Shown one piece after another: positions 13,357 to 26,725 of a stretch of 64,000 nt of DNA. The notes below the pieces were generated by a model, which was not told where the DNA came from, made no database searches, and worked only from the letters and a program-made list of their open reading frames with translations. Source of the DNA: Felis catus. Lineage: Eukaryota. Position numbers and translations under genes: made by a program. Numbering within the stretch: position 1 is the stretch's first letter; every line of letters begins with the position of its first letter. The DNA lies in assembly GCF_018350175.1 (NCBI RefSeq), contig NC_058368.1, forward strand, positions 216,568,001 to 216,632,000. The letters are read 5' to 3'.

Positions 13357-13834
13357 TTTTTTTTGTTTGTTTGTTTTTTGTTTTTGTTTTAATGTTTATT
13401 TATTTATTTATTTTTTTAATTTTTTTTTCAACGTTTATTTATTTTTGGGACAGAGAGAGACAGAGCATGAACAGGCGAGGGGCAGAGAGAGAGGGAGACA
13501 CAGAAACGGAAACAGGCTCCAGGCTCTGAGCCATCAGCCCAGAGCCCGACGCGGGGCTGGAACTCACGGACCGCGAGATCGTGACCTGGCTGAAGTCGGA
13601 CGCTTAACCGACTGCGCCACCCAGGCGCCCCAAATGTTTATTTATTTTTGACAGACAGAGACAGAGCATGAATGGGGGAGGGTCAGAGAGAGAGGGAGAG
13701 ACACAGAATCTGAAGCAGGTTTCATGCTCTGAGCTGTCAGCACAGAGCCCGATGCGGGGCTTGAACTCATGAACCATAAGATAATGACCTGAGCCGAAGT
13801 CAGAGGCTTAACTGACTGAGCCACCCAGGAGCCC
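13357..13834 (-). mobile_element. Young SINEC_Fc (~13412-13631) nested in the A-rich tail of an older SINE
   Basis: Two reverse-complement SINE bodies; aatgtttatttattt is repeated on both sides of the young copy. Confidence 0.9.
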
Positions 13835-14009
13835 CTTTGTCTTGACAATGTCTTGTAAAGGTGATGTGATTAGCAGTTTAGCTTTTAATAAGGAGCTGCA
13901 GTTAAAAAGAAGAAGCATTAGAGAAGAGAATTTTATACAGGCCGTACTATTTGCAAGCTCCAGACATGAGGGAAAACATGACCTAGCCCACAAAGGAGGA
14001 CGTGATAGG

Positions 14010-14440
14010 AGAGTATATTATCTACTGCTGTGTAAGAAATTATCCTCCAATGTAATGGCTTCAAATGAGAAATATGTATTTTCTAGAAGTTTTTAGGAGT
14101 CAAAAATCGGAGCGTGAGTTAGTTGAATGTCTCTGTCTCAAGGTCTATCCTGAAATTATAGTCAAGCCACTGGCCAGCTGAGGCGATGGTCAATCGTAAG
14201 GCCTCAAGGTGAAAAGCTAGGATGAATCCACTTACAAGCCCATTTATATGGTCCTTTGCAGGCGTCAATCTCTTCCCACGTGAGCCTCCCACAGGGCTGC
14301 TCCTGAGCAAATACAAGAGAGTGTGAAAGAGAGCACCCACCATGGCAGCCAGTCTTTTTACAGCTTAATCTTGGAAATAACAACCCACCCCTTCTGCTAT
14401 ATTCTGCATGTTAGAAACGGCTCCGTAAATCCAGTCCCCA
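14010..14440 (-). mobile_element. Old MaLR LTR (MLT1-like)
   Basis: tatctactgctgtgtaagaaattatcc...cttctgctatattctgcatgttagaa. Confidence 0.6.
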
Positions 14441-14444
14441 CCAC

Positions 14445-15200
14445 CCACAGCTTCCCCTCTACACTCGCACATGCTGTATCATTCAGATCTTCTACACCTT
14501 GCTATCTCTTGTTTCTGTTTCCAGGGTGACCATAAACTCTGACCGAGCACAGAATCTTCATGTGTGCACAACCTGACAGTACCTTGCAAAATGCCCATGT
14601 TGTGCTCCCCCCACCTCCTGAGGACTCTGTGAAAGCTGGTAGAAGGCCTCATTTGGCCCATTCACTTACGCGATCTGATAACATGTGGGAGTTAAGGCTC
14701 CATGCAGTAAACTTTAGCAAATAGGTTTCGGTAATTTGTGGTAAATTCATTCTTATTTCTCCTTTCTAATAGAAGGATCAGAAATGAAGTCACTCTGAGC
14801 TCTTAAGAGTCATAATGGTATTCTGCGATTTTTCAATTATCCACATTTGTTTTGGCTCTCCCTCCTTCCCCGCCTCCCCCCACTTTGTCCCTTGCCTCTG
14901 CTTCCTTAGAATTGAACACTACTTCTGTGACTCGGGCTCAGCCCTTTGGAAAGAGTATGCTACCAGTTGATACTTACAATGCTAATATTCAGGGTGGAAT
15001 TTTGGAAGCGGATTTTCCCCAACGTCAGGTAGTGGTGCAACTACTAAGGCTTTTACTGGAATTTGGAGATGAGGTAGAAGGTGAAGAATTGAGATATGCA
15101 GGGGCTTAGGTACTCAAGCACATAACAACCAAAAATTTTAAGTATCGTGAGGTGGATTGGCTTTTTTTCAACTGCCTGTATAATAAAGGATTGTATACAG
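14445..15200 (+). mobile_element. LTR16-like ERVL LTR plus the start of the internal region
   Basis: catgtgggagttaaggctccatgcagtaaactttagcaaatagg...cccttgcctctgcttcct, followed by ERVL-internal-like ggtggaattttggaagcggatt. Confidence 0.45.
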
Positions 15201-15247
15201 CTAGTATTTGTTCTTTGACAAGGGAAGGCTGGGAGTGGGGGGGCATA

Positions 15248-15632
15248 TTTAATTTTTTTAAGTTTATTCATTTTGAGAGAGGGAGGTGGGGGGTGGGGGC
15301 AGAAAGAGAAGGAGAGAATCCCAAGTAGGCTCTGCACTGACAGAGCAGAGCCCGATGCTGGGCTGGAACTCATGAACCTTGAGATCATGACCTGAACCGA
15401 AATCAAGAGTCAGATGCTTAACCGACTGAGCCACCTAGGCGCCTCTAATTTTCAAAAATGTTTATTTATTTCTGAGAGAGAGAGAGAGAGAGCACTAGCG
15501 GGAGGGAGACAGAACCTGAAGCAAGCTCATGCTGTCAGCACAAAGGTTTATTTGGGGCCGAACCCACAAACTGTGAGATCACGTCCTGAGCCAAAGTCAG
15601 AACCTCAACCAACTGAGCCACCTAGGTGCCCC
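15248..15632 (-). mobile_element. Two adjacent carnivore SINEs
   Basis: Two reverse-complement SINE heads ending near 15445 and 15632. Confidence 0.88.
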
Positions 15633-15925
15633 TACAGCTATTGTTTGTAAGTCAAATTTTAGTATAAAAATATCTGATGTTCAGGAACTAAAAGTTTACA
15701 TTCATATATCTTTTACCTAGCGTGTCCAGATTTCATTATTTGCTATATATAATCCTTATCTCTCACTACCTACCTAAACATATCCACTTACAGCAATACA
15801 CATCTTGAATTACATACTTATTATTTGAAACTAAGTTTCTGATACTTCACACTTAAATATTAGAGCATGCGTTTCCTTTCAATAAAAGACATTCTATCTA
15901 GCTCGGTAAAATTATCACACTCAGA

Positions 15926-16110
15926 GTGGAAGAGAGCCAAAGCATAAGAGACTCTTAAAAACTGAGAACAAAATGAAGGTTGATGGGTGGTGGGAGGGAG
16001 GGGAGGGTGGGTGATGGGTATTGAGGAGGGCACCTTTTGGGATGAGCGCTGGGTGTTGTATGGAAACCAATTTGACAATAAACTTCGTATATTGAAAAAA
16101 AAAACGAAAA
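15926..16110 (+). mobile_element. Young 5'-truncated cat-type L1 (L1_Fc-like) 3' end
   Basis: L1 3'UTR, AATAAA and polyA, flanked by the perfect 18-bp TSD aaaattatcacactcaga (15908-15925, 16111-16128). Confidence 0.92.
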
Positions 16111-16560
16111 AAAATTATCACACTCAGAAAATTTAGCACTGACACATAAGCATGTTCTTTGTCAAGTATGTCATGGAGTTTGTATACTAATTACCCCCAA
16201 ATATCCAACTGGCTATCTTTCATAGATATTTGTATTTGTTTGTTTTTGATCCAAGATCTAGCAAAGCACTACAGATTGGATTTGTGAGTTCTGTCTCGCT
16301 TGTCTCGTCTACTGTAGCACAGCCCCACCCCCTTTTGTTTGTATAACGTGGAGGTTTCTGAAATTGTGGCCATGAAGATTTTCTTCATTTACTATCAAGT
16401 CCCAGGAATGGACTTCACTAAGGGCTTCAAATCCATCACCTCAAACCCATGTCTGTGATGGCACTGAGGTCACAGGCTGTCTGTAGGGCAAATTCTTCAA
16501 AGGCATGGATTCAGTTTAGAACTGATGTTACCAGTACTGCTGTCCTCTTAATTCCCATTC

Positions 16561-16785
16561 TTTTTTTTTTTAATTTTTTTTTCAACGTTTATTTATTTTT
16601 GGGACAGAGAGAGACAGAGCATGAACGGGAGAGGGGCAGAGAGAGAGGGAGACACAGAATCGGAAACAGGCTCCAGGCTCTGAGCCATCAGCCCAGAGCC
16701 CGACGCGGGACTCGAACTCACGGACCGCGAGATCGTGACCTGGCTGAAGTCGGACACCTAACCGACTGCGCCACCCAGGCGCCCC
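16561..16785 (-). mobile_element. Young SINEC_Fc
   Basis: Perfect TSD cttaattcccattctt; CpG-rich. Confidence 0.95.
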
Positions 16786-16859
16786 TTAATTCCCATTCTT
16801 AATACTGGCAGCTTTTCATTCTTCCTGCAGAAAATTCTGTTGTTGTCACTGTAACAACA

Positions 16860-18560
16860 GGTTTATCAATGTTATCAAACTTTGCAAAGAGTATCCCTTC
16901 ACTTGCATTGAATTTGTCTATTTTCTTCTGTTTCCAATGTCATTAATTTCTTCTCCAGCCTGTATTATTTCCTTCTTTCTACTTGCTTTGGATTTAATTT
17001 GCCTACGTTTCTTTAAATTTCTTAAGATTTCTTTAAATTTATTAAGATAAGGAGTGCCTGGGTGGCTCAGTCAGTAAAGTGTCTGACTTCAACTCCGGTC
17101 ATGATCTCATGACTTCAAGCCCCACATAGGCTCTGTGCTGACAGCTCAGAGGCTGGAGCCTGCTTGGAATTCTGTGTCTCCCTCTCTCTGTGTGCCTCCC
17201 CCACTTGCATTCTGTCTCTCTCTCTAAATAAATAAACGTTAAAAAATTTAAATTTCTTAAGATAAAACATTAGATTATTGGTCTGGGACTCTAGTCCTTT
17301 CTAATGTAAATATTTAATATTATAAATTATCCTGAAAGCACTATTTTGGCTGTATCCCACATATTTTTATATGTTGTATTTTTACTTGTATTAAATTCAA
17401 AATTTTTAAAATTGGGATATTTAATTTCCAAATATTTGAGGCTTTTTCAGCTATATTTTGATTATTGATTTATAATTCAATTCCATTATACAATTAGAAT
17501 GTAGTTGCAATGATTCCTATTCTTTTAAATTGGGTGTTTGGTGGTTTCAATGGCCTATTATATGGTGTATCTTAATGAATGTTCAATATGTCCTTGAAAA
17601 GAATGTGTGTTCTGCTGTTGTTGGGTGGCTTGTTCTACAAATATCAACTAGGACTATTTGGTTGATAACATTCAAGTCTTCTCTACTCTTACTGATTATC
17701 TATTTGTTCTAGCAATTACGGAGAAAGGATTGTTGAAGTCTCTGTTCATTTTTCTAGCATCCATTTTTGCCTCTTTATGGTGATGCCCTGTTATGAAGGA
17801 CATATGCATCTGGGGTCATGATGTCGTCTTGAAGAACTGACTCCTCATCATAATATAATGTTGCGCCTCTTAACCTTGAGTATATACGTGGCTCTGAAGC
17901 TTGCTTTTTCTGACATTGATATAGCTATTCCATCTTTTTCTGGGCGACTGTATGGTATGTCTTTCTCCATCCTTTTTACTTTTAACCCAACTTTATCATA
18001 TTTCCTGTATTTCCCATAGACAACATAGAATTGGATTTTGCTATTTGATCCAATCTGACAATTGCAGTTCTTAAAAAGTTATATTTATATATTCATAGTT
18101 AATGAGACTGTGGACATAGTTGGATTAAAAATATACCAAATTATGGGGCACCTGGGTGGCACAGTCGGTTAAGCGTCTGACTTCAGCCAGGTCACGATCT
18201 CGCAGTCCATGAGTTCGAGCCCCGCGTCGGGCTCTGGGCTGATGGCTCGGAGCCTGGAGCCTGTTTCCCATTCTGTGTCTCCCTCTCTCTCTGCCCCTCC
18301 CCCGTTCATGCTCTGTCTCTCTCTGTCCCAAAAATAAATAAACGTTGAAAAAAAATAAAAAAATAAAAAAATATATACCAAATTGCTAGCTGCTTTCTAC
18401 TCATTTCATCTATTCTTTGCATACTCTTACTCTGCCTTTTTTGGTGTTAAATGAACATTATCTATTATATCATTTTACCTCTTCCATTGGCTTTTTACTT
18501 ATATATCTTTCGTATATTTATAGTGATTTCCATAGGATTTAAATATGCAACTTTATATTT
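16860..18560 (-). mobile_element. Old LINE-1 (L1M) ORF2 endonuclease-region fragment, with SINE inserts at 17051-17250 and 18145-18372
   Basis: cttgaaaagaatgtgtgttctgctgttgttgggtgg...ctttctccatcctttttacttttaacc...atccaatctgacaat, typical of antisense L1M. Confidence 0.8.
18145..18372 (+). mobile_element. Young SINEC_Fc
   Basis: cagccaggtcacgatctcgc...gtcccaaaaataaataaacgttgaaaa; TSD-like atataccaaatt. Confidence 0.95.
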
Positions 18561-18738
18561 AAAAAAATAATTTTATTTGAGAGAGAGAGAGCACGTGAGC
18601 AGGGGAGAAGGACAGAAAGAGAGAAAATCTCAAGCAGACCCCACGCTTGGTGTGGAGCCCAGTCTCATGACCATGAGATCATGACCTGAGCCAAAATCAG
18701 CAGTCCAACACCTAACCGACTGAGCCACCCAGGTGCCT
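18556..18738 (-). mobile_element. Carnivore SINE
   Basis: Reverse-complement SINE. Confidence 0.85.
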
Positions 18739-18880
18739 CTACAGCTTTATATTTTTAATCAATCTGTTTTTACCTTCAAATGATATTCCACTTCACCTAT
18801 CATACAAGGACCTTAAAACTGGCCTTCAAATGTCCTAAATCCAGCAGCGTTGTTCCTCATTCAGATTTCGGCTTTTGTTT

Positions 18881-19339
18881 TGTGGTGTAGATAGATGAGG
18901 AGTATGTGTGTTGAGGGGTGTCACTGAGAAGACGTGACTGCCCATTGACCCAGGAGCTGGAGCCTGGGCTCTCTGAGGCTCCTTCCCCTTCCCCTGGGGG
19001 TATGGGTTCTACTTGCCTTTTCCACCACCAGAGGCTGCTCCAAGGATAGAGCTTTGAGAGGGTGATGTGGTGTTGAGAATACCTGCATCACATATGTTAC
19101 TGAACCCAGTTATGGCCTCTATATAAATTTTTAAGATTTGGTGGGAGGAGGGAAGTGCTGGGATCCATTAATCTTGCCACCCCAAATAAGCCTCCTATGG
19201 AAGTTCCTTTGCTTATTAAAACTGTCACCTACCAACCTGGAGTGGCCTGCTGCTTTCTTCAGACATTCCCTGCCCTCAGCTTTAAGGGTCCAGTTTCACA
19301 TTACACTCCAGAAGCACCCCAGGTGTTTATAAACCAACA
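18881..19339 (+). mobile_element. Probable ERV LTR
   Basis: GC-richer block with TG...CA ends, TATATAAA at 19120 and ATTAAA at 19215; no clear TSD. Confidence 0.55.
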
Positions 19340-21364
19340 ATCTGGGTGAAGGTACTTGTCCCTCCCTCGTGGCTACTGTTTCCTTCCCTCGACTGCATTA
19401 GAATGGGCACATCCTAGTGACCTTTTAGACCTTTGCTCTGAGAGGCCAGTGGGGTTCATGGAGAAAGAAATTTCCAGAGCAGGCAAAATCTTTCAATTTC
19501 TTCAGTGCACAGATGTTTCAGATAGTATTTCCAGCCTACTGTCACTCTTCTCCAATTTGTCAGCTACACTAGCTCAATTCTTCTTACAAGTGTCCTGCTG
19601 TGTCTACCAATTTGGTTTTGTCTTGTATTGTTTTAAAAACTGTGTGTTTTCTGTACATAAAAGTACTATTGTGTTATTTGGAACATTAGTCTGTCTCCTA
19701 GGTCTCACTTTCTAAAAGACAACTTCACATCTGACTCTGACAAATTTTAAATTCTTAAATGTACTAACTTCTAGAACTTTCACACGATAGCAACTATTAC
19801 ACTGAAAATATTTTATGATGAAAAGCCCTTAGAATAAAATGTCCTTGGAATGCTGTAAACAATATTTTAACTTATTAAACAGAGAAGGTTTTAAACCAAA
19901 GACTTAGTAAGTTTCTCACAAGTTGACATAGCCTTAAATACATCCCTCACTAAGAATGATTGTTTCTATCATAGAACAGTCCTCTGCTGAGATCTATTTC
20001 ATTACTGAAATAGCTGAATATCAATGCATTATTGGGGGATATATAGCCACTTGTATATTCATATTGTGCAGTACACTTTATAATAAATACTCAAGGACTT
20101 TAGATTACTATAGCTAAGTGATTTACCCTTGAAATTCAAAGATTACTATTATGTATTTTGACTTTCATATTTTATACAATAGTAAGTTCATTTGGTTCAG
20201 ACCTAAATATTTTCAAATGACTACAATTATCCCAGGACTAAATGGTTGGGGAAATAATTGCTTTGAATCTCATTTTTTTTATTACCCGTCATCTACACTA
20301 TCCCATCCAGACAAGAGAACAGTGCAGTAAAAGCATATTGTTGATTTTCTGGTTACATGACAAAGTCTTATTAACATTCATTGATCTGAGGCTGATTTTT
20401 TTTAAGTTCAAGGACAAAGACCATTGAAAGTATAAAATAGCATGATTTTAATTGTTGTTGTTTTTAGATAGCTTATGCTATAGCATTGCTATTTTTGAAT
20501 GATAGTCAAAAAATGTCACATAAGTCAGATGTGTAAATATTATATAGATTAGGATATATTAGTTCAAATTTAACTTAACTGATATGTTATTGAACATAAC
20601 ATAACAGAAACATGACAGAAAGTCAAGTTAAAAGCTTGATTTGGGATACGCAAAGGTATGATTTGAGAAAAAGCAGAAGATTATACATTCACACCATTCT
20701 ACATTTCATAATATATTGGGCCTAGAATTGCCAGCACTTTTGACATATTTGGCTTAATCACACGAAGTTAACATTAAAATTTTCAATAACTTTTCAGAAT
20801 AATTAACAATTGAAAATAACATAAAATATTACTATATGATCTAGAATCTACAAATTAAAACTGAATTCCCTATCTGAAGCTTAATGACTATTCATTCCTT
20901 CAATCCAAACAAAATGAACATTTTAGGTCACCAAGGCACATAAGTTTGATTTCCCTTATTTTCTGTATTACGTGTAAGACAAGAAATACTCAAATACTCT
21001 TTCGTCTGATGATAATGTCTCAGACACAACAGTGTTCACCAACCCAGTCAATTCAGCGCCACTATTTTTCCTAGTTATTTTTCATCTAGAGAAAGCAATG
21101 TAGCATGGTTCCAATAATGAGATGAAAACAAGTCACTGAGTGGACCTGTTGGGAATGTTTTAAAGAATGGCCAGATTCCATGGGTATGCGCTTATCCTTT
21201 TGCACTTGGGCACTTTATCTTTTTTCTAGTCTTTTCTTTATGCTTGGAATAGTGAGCTCACAGCCATTCTATGAAGATGAGTGTTCAATATGATCATGCT
21301 AAAGATGGCGGAGAAGGAACACCAAATGCACTGGCCCTTTTATGGCTTTGGTTTGGAGCTGTAT

Positions 21365-21588
21365 TTTTTTTAAATTTTTTTTTTTCAACGTTTATTTATT
21401 TTTGGGACAGAGAGAGACAGAGCATGAACGGGGGAGGGGCAGAGAGAGAGGGAGACACAGAATCGGAAACAGTCTCCAGGCTCTGAGCCATCAGCCCAGA
21501 GCCTGACGTGGGGCTCGAACTCACAGACCGCGAGATCGTGACCTGGCTGAAGTCGGACGCTTAACCGACTGCGCCACCCAGGCGCCCC
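21365..21588 (-). mobile_element. Young SINEC_Fc
   Basis: TSD ggagctgtattttt on both sides. Confidence 0.95.
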
Positions 21589-21829
21589 GGTTCGGAGCTG
21601 TATTTTTAACAGCAACTTATAACAATACAACCACCAATAAAACACCTAAGAGGAGGGATATCACAGAGACTTTTAATGAAGAATTTCTTTTATGTTTTCC
21701 TTCTTTGTTTGCACCCTTTCTTTGAGACAGAGCACCATTATAGAATAATATGTGCCCCCCAATACTCAGTATTTATAGTTAATTTATTTAATATGCTTTC
21801 CACAAGAAGAAAAAAAAATCTCTGTTGCC

Positions 21830-22192
21830 TCATGTCAACTAAACAAGAATGCAAGGAATCTGACCCACGCTTGTTGGTTTGAAGATGGAAGAATGGGGCC
21901 AAGAGCCAAGGAAAGCCAGGAGCCTCTGAAAGCTGAAAAGGACCCCTGATTTCTAGCCAAAAGCCAACAAGAAAATGGGGATCTTAGCCCCGCAACCATG
22001 AAGAAGTGAATCCCAGAAACAACTTGCATAAACCTGAAAATGGATTTTCTCCTAGAGCCTGCAGAGAAGAACACAGCCGTGGGAACCCTTTGATTTGGGC
22101 CTTCTGAGACCCTGGGAAGCTAGACTTCAGATCTACAGAAACGTGACATAATGCCTGTGTTATTTTAAGCCCCTAAATTTGTGGTAATTTAT
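21830..22192 (+). mobile_element. MaLR LTR (MLT1E-like)
   Basis: gaagatggaagaatggggccaagagccaagga...ggattttctcctagagcctgcagag...ttttaagcccctaaatttgtggtaattt. Confidence 0.75.
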
Positions 22193-22632
22193 GATCACAT
22201 TATATAATATAAGAAAGCCCACTTAGGGAATTTGCAAAAATGTCCTGAAATATCAGCCTTTCAAAAGTTATTTGCATCAAATTATAATGCCGGGGTCAGA
22301 GATCAAAACTCTGAAAACTAGGAACCTAGTTTTTAATGGAAAAAGAGAAAACAAAGCTCACAAGATGCAATCAGAGTGGACAGTGGGGGGCAGTCTGGGC
22401 GTTCTCACTGAGTGGACTTCTCCATCTGACGTATGAAAAATAAATGCCACAAACCTACACTACTTTATAGCTTTCACGTTTATCAGTTTCTTCAGAAAGC
22501 TTATATAAATTAATATAATTTTGACAAAGTTGATTTTAAAAACTCTCAGATTTGAGCTATAAAGTTTACCGGGGGATACAGGGAATTTACAATTATGTTT
22601 TTTTTAAGTTTTTGCATATAAAAAATAGATTG

Positions 22633-22737
22633 GGGGAGCACCTGGCAGGGTCAGTTGGTACAGCATGTGACTCTTTACCTTAGAGTTGTGAGTTCAAGCC
22701 CTACATTGGCCATGGAGCCTACTTAAAAAAAAAAAAA
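22633..22737 (+). mobile_element. Short carnivore SINE
   Basis: tRNA-like head, ...ggagcctacttaaaa and polyA. Confidence 0.8.
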
Positions 22738-23535
22738 GTAGGTTGATCAAAAGTATATAATTGCATCTATTCACTCTTTTTGTTGTTGTGTTGAAGTGCC
22801 ATTCTCTTTTTAAAAAAAGTGTAGCGTGCAACTGAAATGAAAGGGTTATAGTTGATGAATTATTTATTTATACTGACGTGTTCATTCAACCCCAAAGTGT
22901 TAACTAATTACGTATTATGTCCAGGGATTGTTGTGCATAAATTTACCTATATTGCCATAACACATAGGCATATTTTGAATGTATTCAAATTGTTTCACAC
23001 ACACGAATTAAGCTTACAGCATGATTAAATTTCACCTCTAAATATCTTCTAGGTGATTAAATAGTAGTAACACAGGATATAGTTAATGGTACCAGCCATT
23101 ATTTCATCACCCACTCATAGTATGAAAACATATTGATTAAAGAGCCAGTGCTTTATTTCTCTGAGCTCCTCAAGCAACTAATAAGGTACCACATACATAG
23201 GCAAATAAAAAATGCTATTGGAATACACTGTATTTTAATATTTATAACATTTAAACAAGAACACGGCCAAATATATTTGTATATCTGAATAGTTGTGTTT
23301 TGCCATTTTGATGAAATTTTCAAAATAACACTGCAAAGTCAAAATTGAGTTTAGTTGCTAATTACTTGATGTCTTTCATTCTCTAAATATTACATGAGCA
23401 CTTACCATGCAGTAAGTATTGTTCAAGACTTTTAGGATATGGAAGGGAACAGTCTTTAAGTTTAAGAATTTCCTGGACATGTTAGAATATTTTCCAGATA
23501 CAGTACCTGAAGGTGCCTATTAGAAATTTATTCGA

Positions 23536-23756
23536 GGGGGGCGCCTGGGTGGCACAGTCGGTTAAGCGTCCGACCTCAGCCAGGTCACGATCTCGCTGTC
23601 TGTGAGTTCGAGCCCCGCGTTGGGGTCTGGGCTGATGACTCGGAGGCTGGAGCCTGTTTCCGATTCTGTGTCTCCCTCTCTCTCTGCCCCTCCCCCGTTC
23701 ATGCTCTGTCTCTCTCTGTCCCAAAAATAAATAAACGTTGAAAAAAAAAAAAAAAA
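23536..23756 (+). mobile_element. Young SINEC_Fc
   Basis: Perfect TSD agaaatttattcgagg; long pure A tail. Confidence 0.95.
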
Positions 23757-24069
23757 GAAATTTATTCGAGGAAATGGCAGAAGAGGAAGTGCTTAATTCA
23801 AGGTAAGTCATTTGTTATTTGCCTGCTTGCTTATCAGGGGAAAATCAGTGAAGTTGGCTTAGGGGAAATGTCATATGATATTATCATTCAATTATTCTGA
23901 AATGGGGAATGAAATGATATTTAACATGTATACATTATATTACTGTATTATGAACAAATTAGATGTTTTTATATTGAGGTTTTTTATTTTTTTTTATTTT
24001 TTAGGTGAAATTTAAATTTAAAATTTATTTTTTAAAGCCATTTGAGTATTTATTGGATATTTTTGGTTT

Positions 24070-24470
24070 TCTTTGTTTTAAGCTTTTATTTAAATTCTAG
24101 TTAGTTACGGGGTGGCCCAGTCAGTTGACCTTTTGACTTCAGCTCAGGTCATGATCTCAGGGTTCATGGGTTTGAGCCCTGCTTCAGGCTCTGTGCTGCC
24201 AGCTCAGAACCTGGAGCCTGTTTCGAAATCTGAGTCACCCTCTCTCTGTGCCCTTCCCCCGCTAATGCTCAGTCTCTCTCTGTCTCTCAAAAATAAAAAT
24301 AAATAAATACATACATAGATAAATAAATATTAAATGCTAGTTAGTTAACATGTAGTGTAATATTGGTTTCAGGAGTAGAATTTAATGATTCATCACTTAC
24401 ATACAACATTCAGTGCTTATCACAAGTGTCCTCCTTAACACCAATCATCCATTTAGCCCATTCCCCACCC
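24070..24470. mobile_element. Antisense carnivore L1 3' tip with a + strand SINE (~24109-24330) inserted
   Basis: ctagttagtt is duplicated around the SINE; gtttcaggagtagaatttaatgattcatcacttacatacaac is the reverse complement of the L1 3' end. Confidence 0.8.
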
Positions 24471-24559
24471 AGCTTTCTTTTCAATGGCAGCGTATCCATG
24501 TTAATTATGAACTTTAGAAAAAATCTAAGTGGAAAAAGAGTAGTGAGTTCTATTTTTTT

Positions 24560-25080
24560 GTTATTGACCTGGGGGAAATGTATTCCAGGCAGTATTGACA
24601 GATGCAACTTGCAAAGCTGTGAACACTCATGAAACCTGCAAACAAAGACAAGTAGTTCAGTACAGCCAGAGTATAGAGTTTTTGTTTTTGTAGAGAGTAA
24701 TAACAAGGGGTGAGTCTGAGGATCAACAGAAGCAAGATCACAAACGGTCTCAAACATATTGCCAAAAAGTATTTTATCTAAAACTAGACTGTGGGAAGTC
24801 CCTGACAGATGTAAATTGCAGAGGCATGACCCTATTTCCATTTCATAATAATCATACTGCCAGGCAATGAGGAGGAGGGTCACAAGGGAGGCCGGAATTT
24901 GAGTACCCGAACGAAGAGCTAATGAGCACCCAAGTTAGCCCAATGCCAGTGGAAATTGAGTGGAGGAGAGATCTTCAAAAAAGATTTAAGACATAAAGTT
25001 GGCAAGAATTTCTGATTGATTTGAAATGAAGGGAAGAGACGGCCAAAGAAAGATTCAAGAACCACCCCAATTTACTGGCT
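24560..25080. mobile_element. L2 LINE relic
   Basis: Degenerate L2-like text (tattccaggcag...tgcaaag...gatttgaaatgaagggaagag...aagaaccaccccaatttactggc). Confidence 0.5.
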
Positions 25081-26106
25081 ACTAAAACAACTCATCCCAT
25101 ATACTTGTATTAACTATCAATTGAGATGAAACAAAATCTTATTTATACTTAGAATTTCAAAATTAACTTAAACATTTCCTAATGAAGTGTGCCTAGAAAC
25201 TATGCTTATTTCTTTCTTTTCTAGCACTCAAAAACAGCCATTTTACTTTTCATGTTATCGTGATGTAAGTACCATAAGAAATATTAATAGTAGTGTATTT
25301 CCTTCAATAAGCCTTTCTCATGTTTGAACATTTCAAAAGTTTGTGATGCTAAATAAAGAACAAAAAAAAGCTATAGTTAATGCCAAGAGGCACTATGCAA
25401 TATAATATGCAATCAATAAAATCTAACTGGATTAAGAAACAAAAACATAATAGGGTTTTTTCCCCCCACATACATTTCCCACTGATTTGCAGCAGCAGCA
25501 ATTCATGTAAAAGCTACCATGGAATTCACTTGAGATTATTTTTCTACCATCATGTGGAAAGAATGCTGAAAGTGTATGTTTTGTTCCAAGGCGAGAATCA
25601 TTTTCCTGATGACCCAGTTCAAGTAAGATGAAAAGCTGTACATGTTAAGAATAGTCAGTGAATGTGAGTGATTCAAATCACTTATTCCTATTAGGAAGGT
25701 CACAAAATGCTGCAGCACATCAAACTGCTTAGTCATTGGAGAAGCATAGTCTGTCATGAACACATTGGCTGATCTTGGGGCAGCTGGCGGCTGTCAACTA
25801 GCTATCCTGCCCATAGAAGTTTTTCTTGAATGGGAATATAAGCAGGACACCTCCCATCCATCTCTTGCCTCACATAGATCCTCTTCTCCAAACCATGTTT
25901 GGAAAGCAGCTTCTCCATAATTCTCGTGAGTCTGTTTTTGAGGGCAAACATATGAGAAGACAGCGGGGAGAGATACAACCACCATTGCTGCAAGTGGTTT
26001 CAGAGTACTTTCTATACTCATCTCCCTCCTTGACTACACCAGGCTAATTTCCTCCCCATCCTTAACTATTACCACAGAACTTGGTAGCTTATCTGGCTTC
26101 ATGACC

Positions 26107-26271
26107 TAGAACCAGCTACATAATAGTACAAAATAAAATGTAGTATTCTGTGCTCAAAAATTACTAAGAATTTCGAGACATTCATAGCAGAGCAATAAGC
26201 CAAGCATGAGGTCCTTCTAAGCACAGGACCCTTCATGACTACACAGGTCAAAAGCCCATGAAGCTGACCAG
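26107..26271 (-). mobile_element. MER45A-like hAT DNA transposon
   Basis: Reverse complement reads ggtcagcttcatgggc...gacctgtgtagtc...ctcgaaattcttagtaatttttga...attatgtagctggttctag. Confidence 0.7.
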
Positions 26272-26499
26272 GTTGTGACCCAAACCTAAATTTCCAAAGG
26301 GATTGAGACATTGGTGATCACTCCTTTCTCTGGCTGGAGTTGCCACATCCATCCATTCACAGTTACAATTGGGTAAGCACCAAATTTTATCATGAAAATG
26401 TGTAATAAATTACTGACTTGAGCATGAAGAATTGGATTAATATTGAGATTTTAGATGCGGGAATGGTAAATTGGAGTGTAGAATTATTGAGGAAATCTA

Positions 26500-26667
26500 G
26501 GGATGCCTGGGTGGCTCAGTTGGTTGAGCATCCAACTCTTGGTTTAGGCTCAGGTCATGATCTCATGGCTTATGGTTTTGAGCCTCAAGTCAGGCTCCTC
26601 CTGGCAGATCAAAGTCTGCTTAGGATTCTCTCTGTCTCCTTCTCTCTCTTCCCTTCCTCCACTTATG

Positions 26668-26698
<31 letters not shown>

Positions 26699-26725
26699 AA
26701 AATAAATAAATAAGCTTTAAAAAAA
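26500..26725 (+). mobile_element. Carnivore SINE
   Basis: Head, (CT)n and A tail. Confidence 0.9.

Noticed and set aside
14500..14600. Strong splice-acceptor-like tcttgtttctgtttccag
   Set aside because: It lies within an LTR-like element, with no paired donor or recognisable coding exon.
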